From: Schizochytrium sp. TIO01
Lineage: Eukaryota; Protista; Bigyra: Labyrinthulomycetes
Assembly: GCA_004764695.1 (NCBI GenBank)
Contig: SMSO01000034.1
Span: 3,162,001 to 3,226,000 of the forward strand
Length of the DNA: 64,000 bases
Direction: 5' to 3'
Below, piece after piece: positions 46,828 to 58,363 of the stretch. Numbering within the stretch: the stretch's first letter is position 1; the number at the start of each line of letters is the position of its first letter. Position numbers and translations under genes: made by a program. The notes beneath the pieces are model-generated. The model worked only from the letters and a program-made list of their open reading frames with translations, made no database searches and had not been told where the DNA came from.

Positions 46828-48089
46828 TGCGGCAATTCTTCTATTTAAAGATCACTTAAACTTTCCCACTAGAACGATCGTCACGCTGCTCCCTAATGCA
46901 CTTTCCGTGTTCTTTGGCACCGGCCCAAAGAGAGATTGCAGTCGGCTGGAGCAGAACTTGTACCAAACTAACACATAAAGTGTCCTGTGCTCGACAATAA
47001 TCAAGCGGAGAAAGATTTGCTAGTGTTGTAAGATAGCAAATAGAACCTTCCCGGAATGTTATGTATGCGGTCAATTGCGAAGTTTAAGCCGATTTTTATA
47101 CTTCTTGGATAGAAACGCCAGTGTCGATGTGGGGGACTTCCCCAAATCATTTGGTACGGTTGGATGGTATAACTTAGAACTTGAAATTAGATCTCTCATA
47201 CCACAATGCTAGAGAGAAGTTCTTAATATTTTTTTTAAAAGCTTCCTGAAGAACAGGAAGGAAGTACCTTTTAACCTGAGATATATCTATTACGTACTAG
47301 CCTACCGTGCGTGACCTACGTATGTTAAGCCTAGATTTCTGACCATCGATTCAGTGTGACTATTTCTTGGGTCATTAAAACGAGCTTTTCTCTCAAAACA
47401 TATCTTCAAAAGGAAAGACAGAACGATGTCTTCGGCCACAAGTTGCCGTGCCAACACCCCACAACTCCTTCACGACTCATGAGTGCTGTGACATTTTGCT
47501 ACTTGTTCCAGCAAATGAATACTTCAAGCACCGGGAATTGACATGCTTGCACATGATTACTTCATTCCAGTCGATAGTAAATTAGTATGAACTGCACAGT
47601 AAAAAGTGCTGCGTCGCAACGAAGCAGGCAATTGCAATAAATGACAAGACTTGAGTAAGTGCCTACCCTATTAACCTTGAGCTAACGTAGAGGTTTATTG
47701 GAAGGCTGCAGCCTCCTGCATAATGAGGCTATCATTTGCGCATTAACATGAGCCATATGAAAGTCTATACTTTGAGTACATGCATCTGAATCCAAGGATA
47801 GTCACAACATCTCGATAAGAGGTACCTTTATTAAAATTATCAAAATTATTAAGATTGCAAATGCCCTCCACTATCATTCTTCCTTTCTTAATTAGTCTCT
47901 CTATTGACCTGGCTGTTTCAAATCAAACCATGGTGGAAACTCAACAAATAAGAGATTGCATGCTTTTGATAAGTCTAAATGTTTTTTAGATCACTGGACG
48001 TTTCTTTTCTTTTCTTTTTTTTTTGGGGGGGGGGGGGTACTAGCACTTTCCGTTTATGCCTTTCCAATGCACTCCTGGTTTTCATCAGG

Positions 48090-50332
48090 ACTACAAGGTG
48101 GTTCAAACTATTTGCTCTGATAAGGTTATTCTCAAGTATCTTCCCAAGTGCATCCTTCTCTTTTTTGACAGAATCATCCCATTTGCTAGTCCCCATATCC
48201 TTCTTGAATCTTGCATGATTAAACCCAACAAACTTCGGATCACCCGTGTTGTGGTCAATTGTGGTCAATCAGAATATGAGTACTATCGAGATTTACATGG
48301 ACAACGCCCAGCTCATGAATTCGACCAAGTGCAATCGTAGCCTTTTACATGCACCCATATGAGATGTATTCATCTTCAAGACAACCTCCTGCATACTCAA
48401 GAAACATCTCTCCAATAATCATGTCAGACATCATGCCTGCTCCATACATCTTTGGAATTGCAATTCCTTGCTCTGGTTTTAATATTTTGTGCGTGTGAAC
48501 CTCTGTTCTCAATTGCTCGATCAGATATTCGCCGAAGTCAGTTGACTTTGCAAGGTCCATATACTTGAGAATGCCTTTTTGCTCTTGAAGGCAAACCAAC
48601 TCGATAGTCTTGAAGTCGTCGTTTGTTATCCAACCGTCGAATCAAAAATTGCAGAATTTTACAATTCGATTTAGAAGATATGTAAAGAACACCGGCAGGT
48701 CATTCGCAAGGAAGTACTCCCTACTAGGAGACAAATGAGGAGGCATTGGTCCATTATTTGGGTGATGCAGGTCATTGTTAGCAGTTATGAGGCATTTCTC
48801 ACGCCGGGCTAGACGGATAGCAAAATGGCGCTTATTACATTCACTATGCGTGCAAACATCGAAATTTGGAAAGTCGTGTCTGGTTTCAAATCCATTCGGT
48901 TACAAACACGACAGGCGAATTTACATTATCAGAAATTACATAGCTGGCACAGGCTCAGTCAGAACGGCATCGGTGCTTCGGACAGCCCCGATGACGGCGA
49001 GGTTGCCGTTTCAGTCGCGAACGAAGCCTGCATAGTGGATAAAAGATTAGAGGAGTCCGAAATAAGGCCGTTGATGAGCATATAGCTATAAAGCTGGCGA
49101 ATAGGCGAGACCTGAAATGGCCTCTGTCCTCTAACTGAATGTATGTTTTTGCTCTGGTTGGGTGGTCATTATTATGTCCCTTCATCGTACAGTCGAAGTC
49201 ACAGTGTCGGGTGCTCAGGTCCCTTGAGCTATTACTAAAATACGACGGCCATTTCGCTTCACATACGAAAATTGCAGTATCAGTATAATAGGCGAATGAG
49301 ATCACCAGGTCTACCCGCCAAATTATCCTCGACAGTTCTACTGATGATCTGAAAAGGGGTCAGAAATGGACCCAGGAGAGAAATAAAAAAGGTCACTAAA
49401 CTAACCTACGGAAACAGGTTCGGAATAGACTCTTGTGATTAAATTTTCGAGGTTCACAAAATTTGCTTTCCGACATCTCAAAGCGATCTTTCAGCATAAT
49501 AGTCATACGCTCCCCGGGTGGGTCTCTGACATCATGGCTATTGAGATGCTTCAGTCTATCACAAAATTCGCAAAAAGTCCTGTATGGACATGAAGTTAAC
49601 TTGCGCTGGTGATCCCACGTATTTATTCGCACCCATAACCGTTACATGATCATTTAGTCTCTGCATTGAAACTCGCCTTAGAGCTTATCTGCCATCTGAC
49701 AATCTCTTTTTTGGGTGCTGCTCAACTCCCAGACAAGATCCTCTTTTGGAGGCCACAGAAGAGACGAAAACCATTTCAACATCTCCATGCAGCGTAGAGG
49801 AATATCTTTGCATTTTGCTACTTTAGATTTAGTAAGATGCAGTACTAAGGTTTGTTTCTTGTGCGAGACTGAAGTGGGTGTCCTGGTTTCGACAACTTGA
49901 AGACTCGAGGTTCCGCGAACTTTGAAATGTACCGCTCACAAAGCAGATTTGCTCGAACCTCAGTATCAGTTTCTCCGTTTACTCAGTGCCAAGCTAGCGA
50001 AGCATATGGTCCTCCAAGTTCTCGAATGTGCCATACTCCCTGTTTTCATGCAAGGACCAAGTCAGGGTTTTGTCGAGCGTCAGCTTTCACATTCAAGCTG
50101 TTCATAATGTGTTTCTGGGTTGCGGAACCCAAATGTATACTAAGATTCCCGCAAACTTGGAACGCCTGTGGGCCAGTATGGGTATCCTTTCGAACGTTCT
50201 AAAATTGTCGAACTTTCGTTCAAGTTGGACTCATCCGCTCACAACTTTAAAAGTCAAACAGAGTTCGCAATTTATAGCTAACCTTTCAAAGTTCTCCCAC
50301 AGTGCAGACCATGCCTCTGATGCAATGCACAT
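48090..50332 (-). pseudogene. Decayed PD-(D/E)xK nuclease plus kinase (Crinkler-type) gene, copy B
   Basis: Fragments IFVCEAKWP, ILKYMDLAK, LRTEVHTHKILKPEQGIAIPKMYGAG and ALGRIHELGVVHVNLDSTHILID..KFVGFNHA. Stops are present, plus a 10-bp duplication frameshift at 48251-48270. Confidence 0.8.
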
Positions 50333-51758
50333 TTAAGCCAATCCTGTTGTGAGGAGAATAGAGCTTTTGGCTGCTATTTACTCCATTCTCCCTCTGCTCT
50401 TCCTGCCCCTCTCTTCCCGTCTCTCCCTCTCTGTCTCACTCCCTCACATCCACATCGAAGGGATGTGCACGCAGCACTGATTTGCAAGAGAGATCGGGGA
50501 AACAGGAGTATTATATGGGGGCATTTTAGAGAGATTAACAATTTATTTAAACATATGATAAAGTGATTTGTACGAGACTAATTTTGGGACGGAAGCTCTG
50601 TACTCCTCGGGAGATCCCGCTCTCAATCTTTGCTATTCCCGAACTTTTTCTAAACAGTACTCGTTCGTGGGTTCTTGTGATCTTTCGCTTCCAAGCTCGA
50701 AGAAAATCTCCTGAGGGGGCCGCCGCCAGTCCCTCTCAGCCGCAGTGCCGATTCGCGCTGCAGCCCCTCTCTCAACCAGCCCAGCTTTTCCGTCCCAAGA
50801 GTGCGCGAGAACCGCGGTCCTCAGCGTCTCGTTCCTCTAGCCCCACTGGGCTCTCCAGGTGGCAGTGGGCTCACGCAGGGTGGACGCGTTCCCTCCCAAC
50901 TACCATAGCAGTCACCTATCCCAGATAGAGACACCTCTCTTGCGTCAGTCTGACTGCTGAGAACGCGGGATCGTCAAGATCGATTGAAAGATCGTCGTCG
51001 TTGAAAGTCTCAGAGGAGTAGGAGTACTTAGGCCGCAGTAGAGTAGTGTAATGCGATCTGATGCAATATGAAAAATAAGAGGATGGACTAATGTAGTTAA
51101 AGGTAGTGGTTAAGTTGAGAGCGAGAATGCGATTAAGGTTTAAAAGGACAATGACTTCCTCTGATAGATGAGTTCTTTGTGTTTGTTTTATTGATTTGTT
51201 TTGATTATTTCAAAGAATTGTAGTCGGGAGGAAAGAGGAGATCGTTAGTTGTTGTATCTTTGTTTGTTTCTTTGTCTGTTTCTTTGTCTGTTTGTTTCTT
51301 TGTTTTCTTTGTTTCTTTGGAGAGTCGCAGAAATTCAAATTGAGAGAAAGCAAATCCGAAACAGCAAACCCGAAACTAGCGAAAGGGACTTGGTGCCGCT
51401 GCTGCTCAGAGTGGACCGCGACTGCCAAACACAAAGCGTACACGCAATTGAGGACAGACTGGTGAGTAGATGGGTTAAGGCAGAGACACGCGAGAGCAGA
51501 ACATACGAACGCATCCATCCATGGAACGCTCAATGTTCGCTCACGAGCGAACATGTGCAGGCTGGCATTGTCCGAGAACGGGCATGAGTGATGGAGGGTG
51601 GGAACTGGGATAGACGGGCTTGCACAACATGATGCAGGGCCGAGAGGGCTAAAAAAAAGAAGGAAAATGGGGACGAACTGAGAAACTGACGTTATTGTAG
51701 TTCTTTGAAGATTTAGACACCAACGTGCAACCGCGAAAAAAGTAAATAAATCGCAAAA

Positions 51759-52658
51759 ATGACCAGTGCCGAAGAGCCCGCTGCCAAGAAGGCCAAGATC
51801 GAGGAACAGGCTGAAGAAGTCAAAGAAGTGGCCGAGACGACTGCTGAGATGTCAGACAAGGTCGAGGAAGCTGTCAAGAAGGCAGAAGAGGCTGCTGAGA
51901 AGGCCCAAGAGACAGCTGAGAAGGCCGAGGAAACTGTTGAAAAGGCACTTGGAAAGGCCGAAGAGGCTGTTGAAAATGCGATGGAGGTCTGCGAAAAGGC
52001 AGAGGAGGCTGTTGAAAACGCAGAGAAAACTGCTGCTGAGTCTGATGAACCTGCAGAAAAGGCAGAGGAACCTGCTAAACCAGCAGATGAAGATGCGCCT
52101 GAAGAGCCTGTACCAACTGAGTCTCCCCTTAAGGCCCAATGGAAACTTGACGATCACAAAATGAACATTAGCCATGTTGTGGACAAGGAGTCTGCTGAGA
52201 AGAATCTGCATGATGTCATCGAAGACAAGCCTTCTGTTTTATCCGGCCTTGGAGAGGTTGCAGACGAGATCTTAGCAGCTGTGCACATCAAAACAGTGAA
52301 GGACCTTGCAAACTGGAAGTTTGGCAAGATTGCACGCGCGATTCTTGTACTGGCAGAGCTAGAGGAAGAAGGCAAGAGGCCAGAGGGTTCCAATTTGAAT
52401 ATTGACAACGCTCTCGATGCTGAATTTGAGCAAAAGTCCTTCAAAGATATGGTTGACTTGCCTGTTTCTGCGCTCCAAGGACTTCCTGAACGTGTAAACG
52501 ACATCCTGAAGCGCCATCACATTGACACGATAGGCAAACTTGGCAAGTGGAAGTACCTGCGCGAGGCTGAGGCGCTTGTGACTCTTGCTGCGTTTGAAGA
52601 GACTAAGTCTCCCGCAGCCCGTCGCGCGGCGCGCGAGGCAAAGAAACTTGAAGCGTAA
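51759..52658 (+). CDS. Protein with NLS-like start, acidic AEEAVEK heptads and two tandem HhH-like domains
   Basis: 299 aa with strong codon bias. Internal duplication NIxxxxDxExxxK..D...PSxLxGL...IL...HIxTxxxLxxWK. Probable 5'UTR intron at 51462-51700. Confidence 0.88.
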   Translation: MTSAEEPAAKKAKIEEQAEEVKEVAETTAEMSDKVEEAVKKAEEAAEKAQETAEKAEETVEKALGKAEEAVENAMEVCEKAEEAVENAEKTAAESDEPAEKAEEPAKPADEDAPEEPVPTESPLKAQWKLDDHKMNISHVVDKESAEKNLHDVIEDKPSVLSGLGEVADEILAAVHIKTVKDLANWKFGKIARAILVLAELEEEGKRPEGSNLNIDNALDAEFEQKSFKDMVDLPVSALQGLPERVNDILKRHHIDTIGKLGKWKYLREAEALVTLAAFEETKSPAARRAAREAKKLEA

Positions 52659-53194
52659 GATTTTTGGCTATTCCATTTGCATTGAGTACCACTTGGGGAG
52701 TTCTCAATGCTGCGTGTCTTATGATATGAGGTCCATATAGTTATGATACTACAAATGAATTTTCCTAGTTTTCTTCTGATTTGAAACTCGACAGTCAGCT
52801 TTATCACTCCGTAGACGTCTCTCTGTCGCACCTATGCATCGAGGCTGGACTCACTTGCAAGAAGATCAATCAAACCTAAGCTAGCTAATCACGTTAACAG
52901 TATCCGTATATCACAAGTACGTTTATGAAAAGACTTTCCCTCTCGCAAGGTACTACACAAGATTTTAAAACACAATTGTAAAATTTGGTGCTAGTTTGGC
53001 CTGTAAACAACAGCTCGGCCTATAATATTCATTGGGCAACTCAACATAATGATACAGAGGCAGAAGGATCCACCACTCGTGGCAGAACACAGGTAAGCTA
53101 AAATCAGGCAACGTTCAACTTGACAGGGGAAGATTGAAGCCAGAAACTGTGTTTCCAAAACAAGCAGGTCTCCAACTCAAACTCCGACTTGGAA

Positions 53195-54493
53195 TCAGCA
53201 CTTGCCAGGTGTGTCGAGTGTGAACTGCTTGGAAGAAGTCTCAATGACCGTGGCATCAGGAATGAAGTCAATTGGCTCTGCATACACGACTCCATCAGTA
53301 ATTTCAGGAAAGGATTCACGCCGGCTAGCGCGTGGAAGGTCCGGAGAAGGTCCAGGTGTTGCCAAGTGTATTTCTTGGCCAAATATATTATCGTCAGCTC
53401 TCACGTTAGACATGTCGCTACGTGACGAGTCTTGCCGGCCTCGAGTAGCCATGCGTAAAGACCGGGAGCTGATGAATTCCGCTTCAGGTTGCTCTTCCGG
53501 AAGATCCTCAATATTGACTGTAGCCTGCCTTGTCGCAAGAAGCTGTTTTGATTCCCTTTTAGAGATTTTCTCGAGTGGAGCAAAGGTGTCACGGTGGTAC
53601 CCGTACGCGAGAATCGGAACAAAGATTTCAAGATATTTCCTCGGTGTGGCGTAGACTCGAACCGCAACGTGATGAAAAATTTTGATCGTCTGCACCTCCA
53701 CGCTCGGATAAATGTAATGAAACGGCATGGCGATGGTCCCTGAAGTTCCATTAGATGGGTTTATAAGCACGTGGCCTTCGTACATCGGGCTATTTTGAGA
53801 AGCCTCAACAAGCCTGCCATTTGCAGAAACCTCAAAGGTAACAGTACTATACATTTCTAATTTGCGCACTGTAAAGTCGCTGTTGTTGACAATCTGGAAA
53901 TGAGCCTTGATTTCTTCCCCACTTGTGAAGGCTGTGCGATTGAACATCAAAGTGCATTCCAAATATCCTTTAGGAAAGCAGCAAAATGAGGAGAAAACAC
54001 GGCGGTTCTGGACTGTGAAGGGTTTCAGGTTTTCCTTGGGTCGATTGAATACCCGAATACGATAGCGGCGGATGCGGTCATGGCTCCCGCGTGCTGCACG
54101 AAAACGAACCCCAACTATAAAGGTTGTCTTGGCGTATATTTGAGAAATCGTCTTCAGCTCAATAGTGGGTGGTGCTGCAGAGGGTAAATTGAACTCAAAT
54201 GGAATTTGATACTTGCCAGGTGCAATTTGATACCTACTCCCAGGCGCAACTTGCAGAGACACTGGGCTAAGAGCATCAACTACCTGTCGTTGAGCTTCTT
54301 GGCCGTCCGCAGCATCTAGCCGGGTTTCCGCCTCGCACATAAGATCAACAAAGAGCCCATAGCACTGAATGGCGCGACGAACTTCAAGTTGCACATACCC
54401 CCGAACTACATCTCCTGCAAAGTAGTCCCTTCTTTCAAGAGCTACGTCTAGCGTAGCAGACTTGCTTTGGGTTGAAGACTCCCCATTACCCAT
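53195..54493 (-). CDS. Arrestin domain-containing protein (alpha-arrestin-like)
   Basis: YFAGDVVRGYVQLEV, PGKYQIPFEFNLP..PPT and FTSGEEI..IVNNS. MGNGES is a possible myristoylation site, and there is an FCCF motif. Confidence 0.88.
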   Translation of the reverse strand: MGNGESSTQSKSATLDVALERRDYFAGDVVRGYVQLEVRRAIQCYGLFVDLMCEAETRLDAADGQEAQRQVVDALSPVSLQVAPGSRYQIAPGKYQIPFEFNLPSAAPPTIELKTISQIYAKTTFIVGVRFRAARGSHDRIRRYRIRVFNRPKENLKPFTVQNRRVFSSFCCFPKGYLECTLMFNRTAFTSGEEIKAHFQIVNNSDFTVRKLEMYSTVTFEVSANGRLVEASQNSPMYEGHVLINPSNGTSGTIAMPFHYIYPSVEVQTIKIFHHVAVRVYATPRKYLEIFVPILAYGYHRDTFAPLEKISKRESKQLLATRQATVNIEDLPEEQPEAEFISSRSLRMATRGRQDSSRSDMSNVRADDNIFGQEIHLATPGPSPDLPRASRRESFPEITDGVVYAEPIDFIPDATVIETSSKQFTLDTPGKC

Positions 54494-55963
54494 GGTCTCC
54501 CGCTACGCCTCACCACGCGAGTCACCAGTCACACAGTGCCGATGATCCAAAGCCTCGCAGCTGAGCGGTGATAATTATTTGTTTGTTTGATTGATTGATT
54601 GATCCTCTGCGAAGCACGTGCACGCAGTGAAATAGGAGACCCCGAGTATGCCCTCTCATTCACAATCATTCGTGAACTTGAACCTGTATATAGGTAAGTA
54701 GGTACTAGTTAGGATAGTTACTACGTAGATAATTTCGATTATTTCAAGTCGAAAGTACCAGCCAGAATAGCTTCCAAGGGGACTGGGCAACTCAAAGGCA
54801 CAAGCAAAGCACTAATAATTTCGCTAGCCTGCATGATCAAGGCTCCGCGGACCCTCCATAGCGCTTGACACTTTGTACCTCGGCCTGGAGACGTCTGTCT
54901 AGCAGCTGTGTAGCGCCAATCGAATTGTCAAATGACGAAAGCGACAAAACTAATCATGAGGAATGAAAAAGGGGTGTGCGCTTCAATGTATAATACGAGA
55001 ATGAGTGGATAGAGAGAAAATTCGGCACGTGCCGCATTTATGACATCATTACCATGCTACCTATTCTTTAAAATTGATTATAAAGCTAGAGATGTTGAGA
55101 GATAAGACGACGTGCCTTCAGCTATCTTTATTATCGTCAGTATCACAGCTGTAGGAGTTTAAGGAGAATAGGTCGCCGTCATTATTGTGCTTGTTCAGGC
55201 GACTGCTTGACGTTTGGGGTTGTTAAAATAGAGGACTTTCTAGTGAGTACACGGACGAGATAGACAAAGAAAGAGGGCACCGAGCTGGCCACCATGCACT
55301 GAGGGCGAACGAATGTCCGGGAAGTTAAGAAACACTCCCGTCGAGACAAAGCTTCGAAAAAACGCCCCTTAGCACTTATCATAGGATAGTATTATCAGTA
55401 GTAGTAGCACTGCATATTGAGTGTTCGCGTGCACTTTAAGGAATATTATTCCTAGGTGGAGTAGGTACCTACCTACCTACGGTCAAACCTTTACGTACCT
55501 AGTACTAGCACTAAGATGTTGAAGCACTTTGAGGCCATTATCGTCCTCGAGGCGTAAATTCTGGGGACCACAGGTTTTCTTAATTTGAGAGTGACGTAAA
55601 GTTATACCAGGTTCTGAGTACCGCCAGCACCGTTGACAACCGCGCGATTTGCTCAGATGCAACTAAGTTCAGAGGTCATAATGACTGCAACTTGAAATGC
55701 GAGTACGTGCTGAGTAAAAGCCAATAAGCTGAGCTACTACTACGATTCTGCGCTGGAGAAAAAAACCACTTCAAAAAAATCTACAACAAGAGATCTACCC
55801 AGGAAGAGGTGACGTTCAAGCTCTGCAGAGTTGTCTCAAAGTACTTTACGACAAAGCTCTTTAACGACGAAACTCGTATATGTTTGTGTGGGTGTAATTT
55901 GCTGGCTGAAAAAAAAACAAGTAACGCGCACGCCAATATGCCAGTCGCGGCCCAAACTCAGGA

Positions 55964-55991
55964 ATATATATATATATATATATATATATAT
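55964..55991. repeat. (AT)14 microsatellite
   Basis: Read directly. Confidence 0.95.
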
Positions 55992-56170
55992 CCAAAAAAT
56001 GATCAAGTCCTCCTTACTATATCTCAATTATTTACAAGAGCAGAAATGTGATACTGAGACTTTACTCATAGATTTCATCATTTGTAATCAAAAAGAAAAA
56101 TTGCAAAATCAATATTCTTGATAAAGATATAAATCAAGTCCCAGGAAGGCATTGGGCAGAAAGCCGATCT

Positions 56171-56756
56171 TCACTTCTTGGACTTTTTTGTGTTCTTCGA
56201 AGAATGTAGATGCTTTTTAGCTGCATTCACCATAGTTTGATGAAACTTTTCATAGTCGAGAGTTGCAAGTAACGCTTCAAGAAACCAAGAGTGATCCTCG
56301 TGTTCAAATAGCGTCAGAGATTTTCCATTGCGAACATCTTCGCAATCCTTCTCAAAGTCTTCCATCGAAAAACCCTCCTCTTCAATAAAGCATTCCAATT
56401 GCTCTTCAAAGAGACGCAAGAAGCGTTTATGACATTCATCATATTCTAGGCTAAAACCTGTGCCATCTTCCTCATTTGTTCCATTGTTGTGGACTTCGTC
56501 CTCGAAAATATGATAATTATCCTCCGCAAAATCTGTCAGGAGCTTTAGCTTGCCCTTCTTCTTTTCCCTGACCAAACCATACAGCAGCACGGGCAACAAC
56601 AGATGTGTCCTCCCCTGTTCCAGGTAGAGTCCAGGTCGAATCATCGTAGGTCTCTGCATCAGTTTTAGTCTGCTTGGCTCGAGTTACCTTTTCGCTACTC
56701 TTGCTCTCCACGCGAGAATTGCCGTCATCGAACTTCTGCTCGAACTTGCTCTCCAT
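56171..56756 (-). CDS. BART (ARL2-binding)/CFAP36-like domain protein; +1 frameshift at about 56572
   Basis: DFAEDNYHIF..FSLEYDECHKRFLRLFEEQLECFI..LLATLDYEKFHQTM is BART-like. The ATG frame from 56756 joins it if one G of TTTGGTC is removed. Confidence 0.78.
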
Positions 56757-57715
56757 TTTAGTATGTCTATACTCCCGATGATCCGCACCCTCTACGTCTT
56801 CGCTTACACGAACACGCTCTGAGACGTCACAGCACAGCTTCGTTCCGCAAATCCGGTTATTGCGAGCACGAATGAAAAGACTTCAAATTTTCGTCACTTT
56901 TCAGACGATAAATGCCCCAACGAGATAAATGCAACGCCAAGTACCAGTTCCAGGAACTCTGAAAGCCTTGAGTTTCACGTATTCTCAGTCTTATGCATAT
57001 ACCAAATGACCTAATTTGATTAGACTGTTCTCACAGCATTGTCCTTAAATACTTTTGGAAATAGAAGCGCCGCCCTTATAATTATTCTTTTTCTAGTATG
57101 CTAGAAATGCAGCATACATAAATTTATACAATCGTCTCTAGAACGTGTCATTGGATACACACATCAATTACATTGGTAGAACTGCCTTAGAAGACGTAAG
57201 AAACTCTACTCACCGTTGCTTCTCGTTTACACATTCCTCCTCCCTGATGTTCACTCACCCAGGCATATCATATTAGCAAAATCCTATAATTGCAAAGTAA
57301 ATTCTGAGAAGAACAAGGTTGTGTAGGAATATAGCGACGTGCAAAACTCAGATTTATCATTGGTTAAATATGTTATAGCCGTTGACCACACTTAGACGGT
57401 CGTGTCGCTACACACAAATTAAAAGAAACTTTGATTTCTTAAGGAAAAGTAGTGCTAGGTTATATATAATGGGTGCTATGTAGGAGATACTCGAGTGAAA
57501 AATATAGAATGACGAGTTAAGGAAAGAGATGATCGATCAACGCTTTCTGCGTTAAGTTAATCACCTGGATACTTACCCACGTTGGTGCTCCCCTGGACAA
57601 GGTAGCCTTCGTAAAAAGACCTGGCGAGAAGCTTTCTTCTGGAGTGTGGGCCAAGTCTTGCTGGTGTATATAGAGCTAGAGCATCAGAAGCGAAGGAGCG
57701 CTTCGGTTATATCGA

Positions 57716-58087
57716 ATGATGAGAGGTCATGGGTGCAATGGGTTCGTTGGGCTAGCACTGCTTGCACGCTTGCTAGTTTGGATATTTCTTGTGAGTGCGG
57801 GCCACGTGCACACAACGTTTGCCAGTGATGTGAATGTTACTCTGCAAGTGGGTTGTCTCATGACATGCTCTACAGATGCCTTGACAGCAACCGAGTCGCG
57901 AACTTTGTGCGAATGGGAGTACAGAGTTCCCTACGACAAGGAGGTTGATGGCAGTACGTTGCGTAACTGGGTAGATGTCAACGACTATCCAACCCTTTAT
58001 GCTGGAACGATGGACTTTGCTGTGCAATGTACCCATATCTTTGATGACGCATTTCCTGATGATGAGTTCGACGATTCGTCTGAGTAA
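57716..58087 (+). CDS. Small putative secreted acidic Cys-containing protein or gene fragment
   Basis: 123 aa with hydrophobic N-terminus, protein-like composition and acidic end; no family recognised. Confidence 0.45.
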   Translation: MMRGHGCNGFVGLALLARLLVWIFLVSAGHVHTTFASDVNVTLQVGCLMTCSTDALTATESRTLCEWEYRVPYDKEVDGSTLRNWVDVNDYPTLYAGTMDFAVQCTHIFDDAFPDDEFDDSSE

Positions 58088-58363
58088 AGCAATTGGTAAG
58101 AAAACCGTGAGCGAGTGCATCCTATACATACTTAGCATCACAACCAAACTTTTACGACCGTGAATTTGAGAATAGAGGAATCTAACGCGCAAATTCCGAA
58201 TATTTACTTGCAAGTAACATAGCGGATAAGGCAAGGAAAGATTGTTTGAGGGTGCGATGAGTAGTTAAGCTTATTGGGTTGCCTGCCCATTTAAAATGTA
58301 AAATAGTGTCATTGGCGTGCAGGAAACCTTGCCCTGGTCAATCTATCATAGTATATCAGTATC

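Noticed and set aside
9657-54493. Functional clustering of 7TM-RGS with arrestin, or of GT64 with GH92
   Set aside because: Separated by unrelated genes; proximity alone is not evidence in a eukaryote
57569-57580. atacttacc resembling the U1 snRNA 5' end
   Set aside because: Not followed by TGG, the U1 stems or an Sm site
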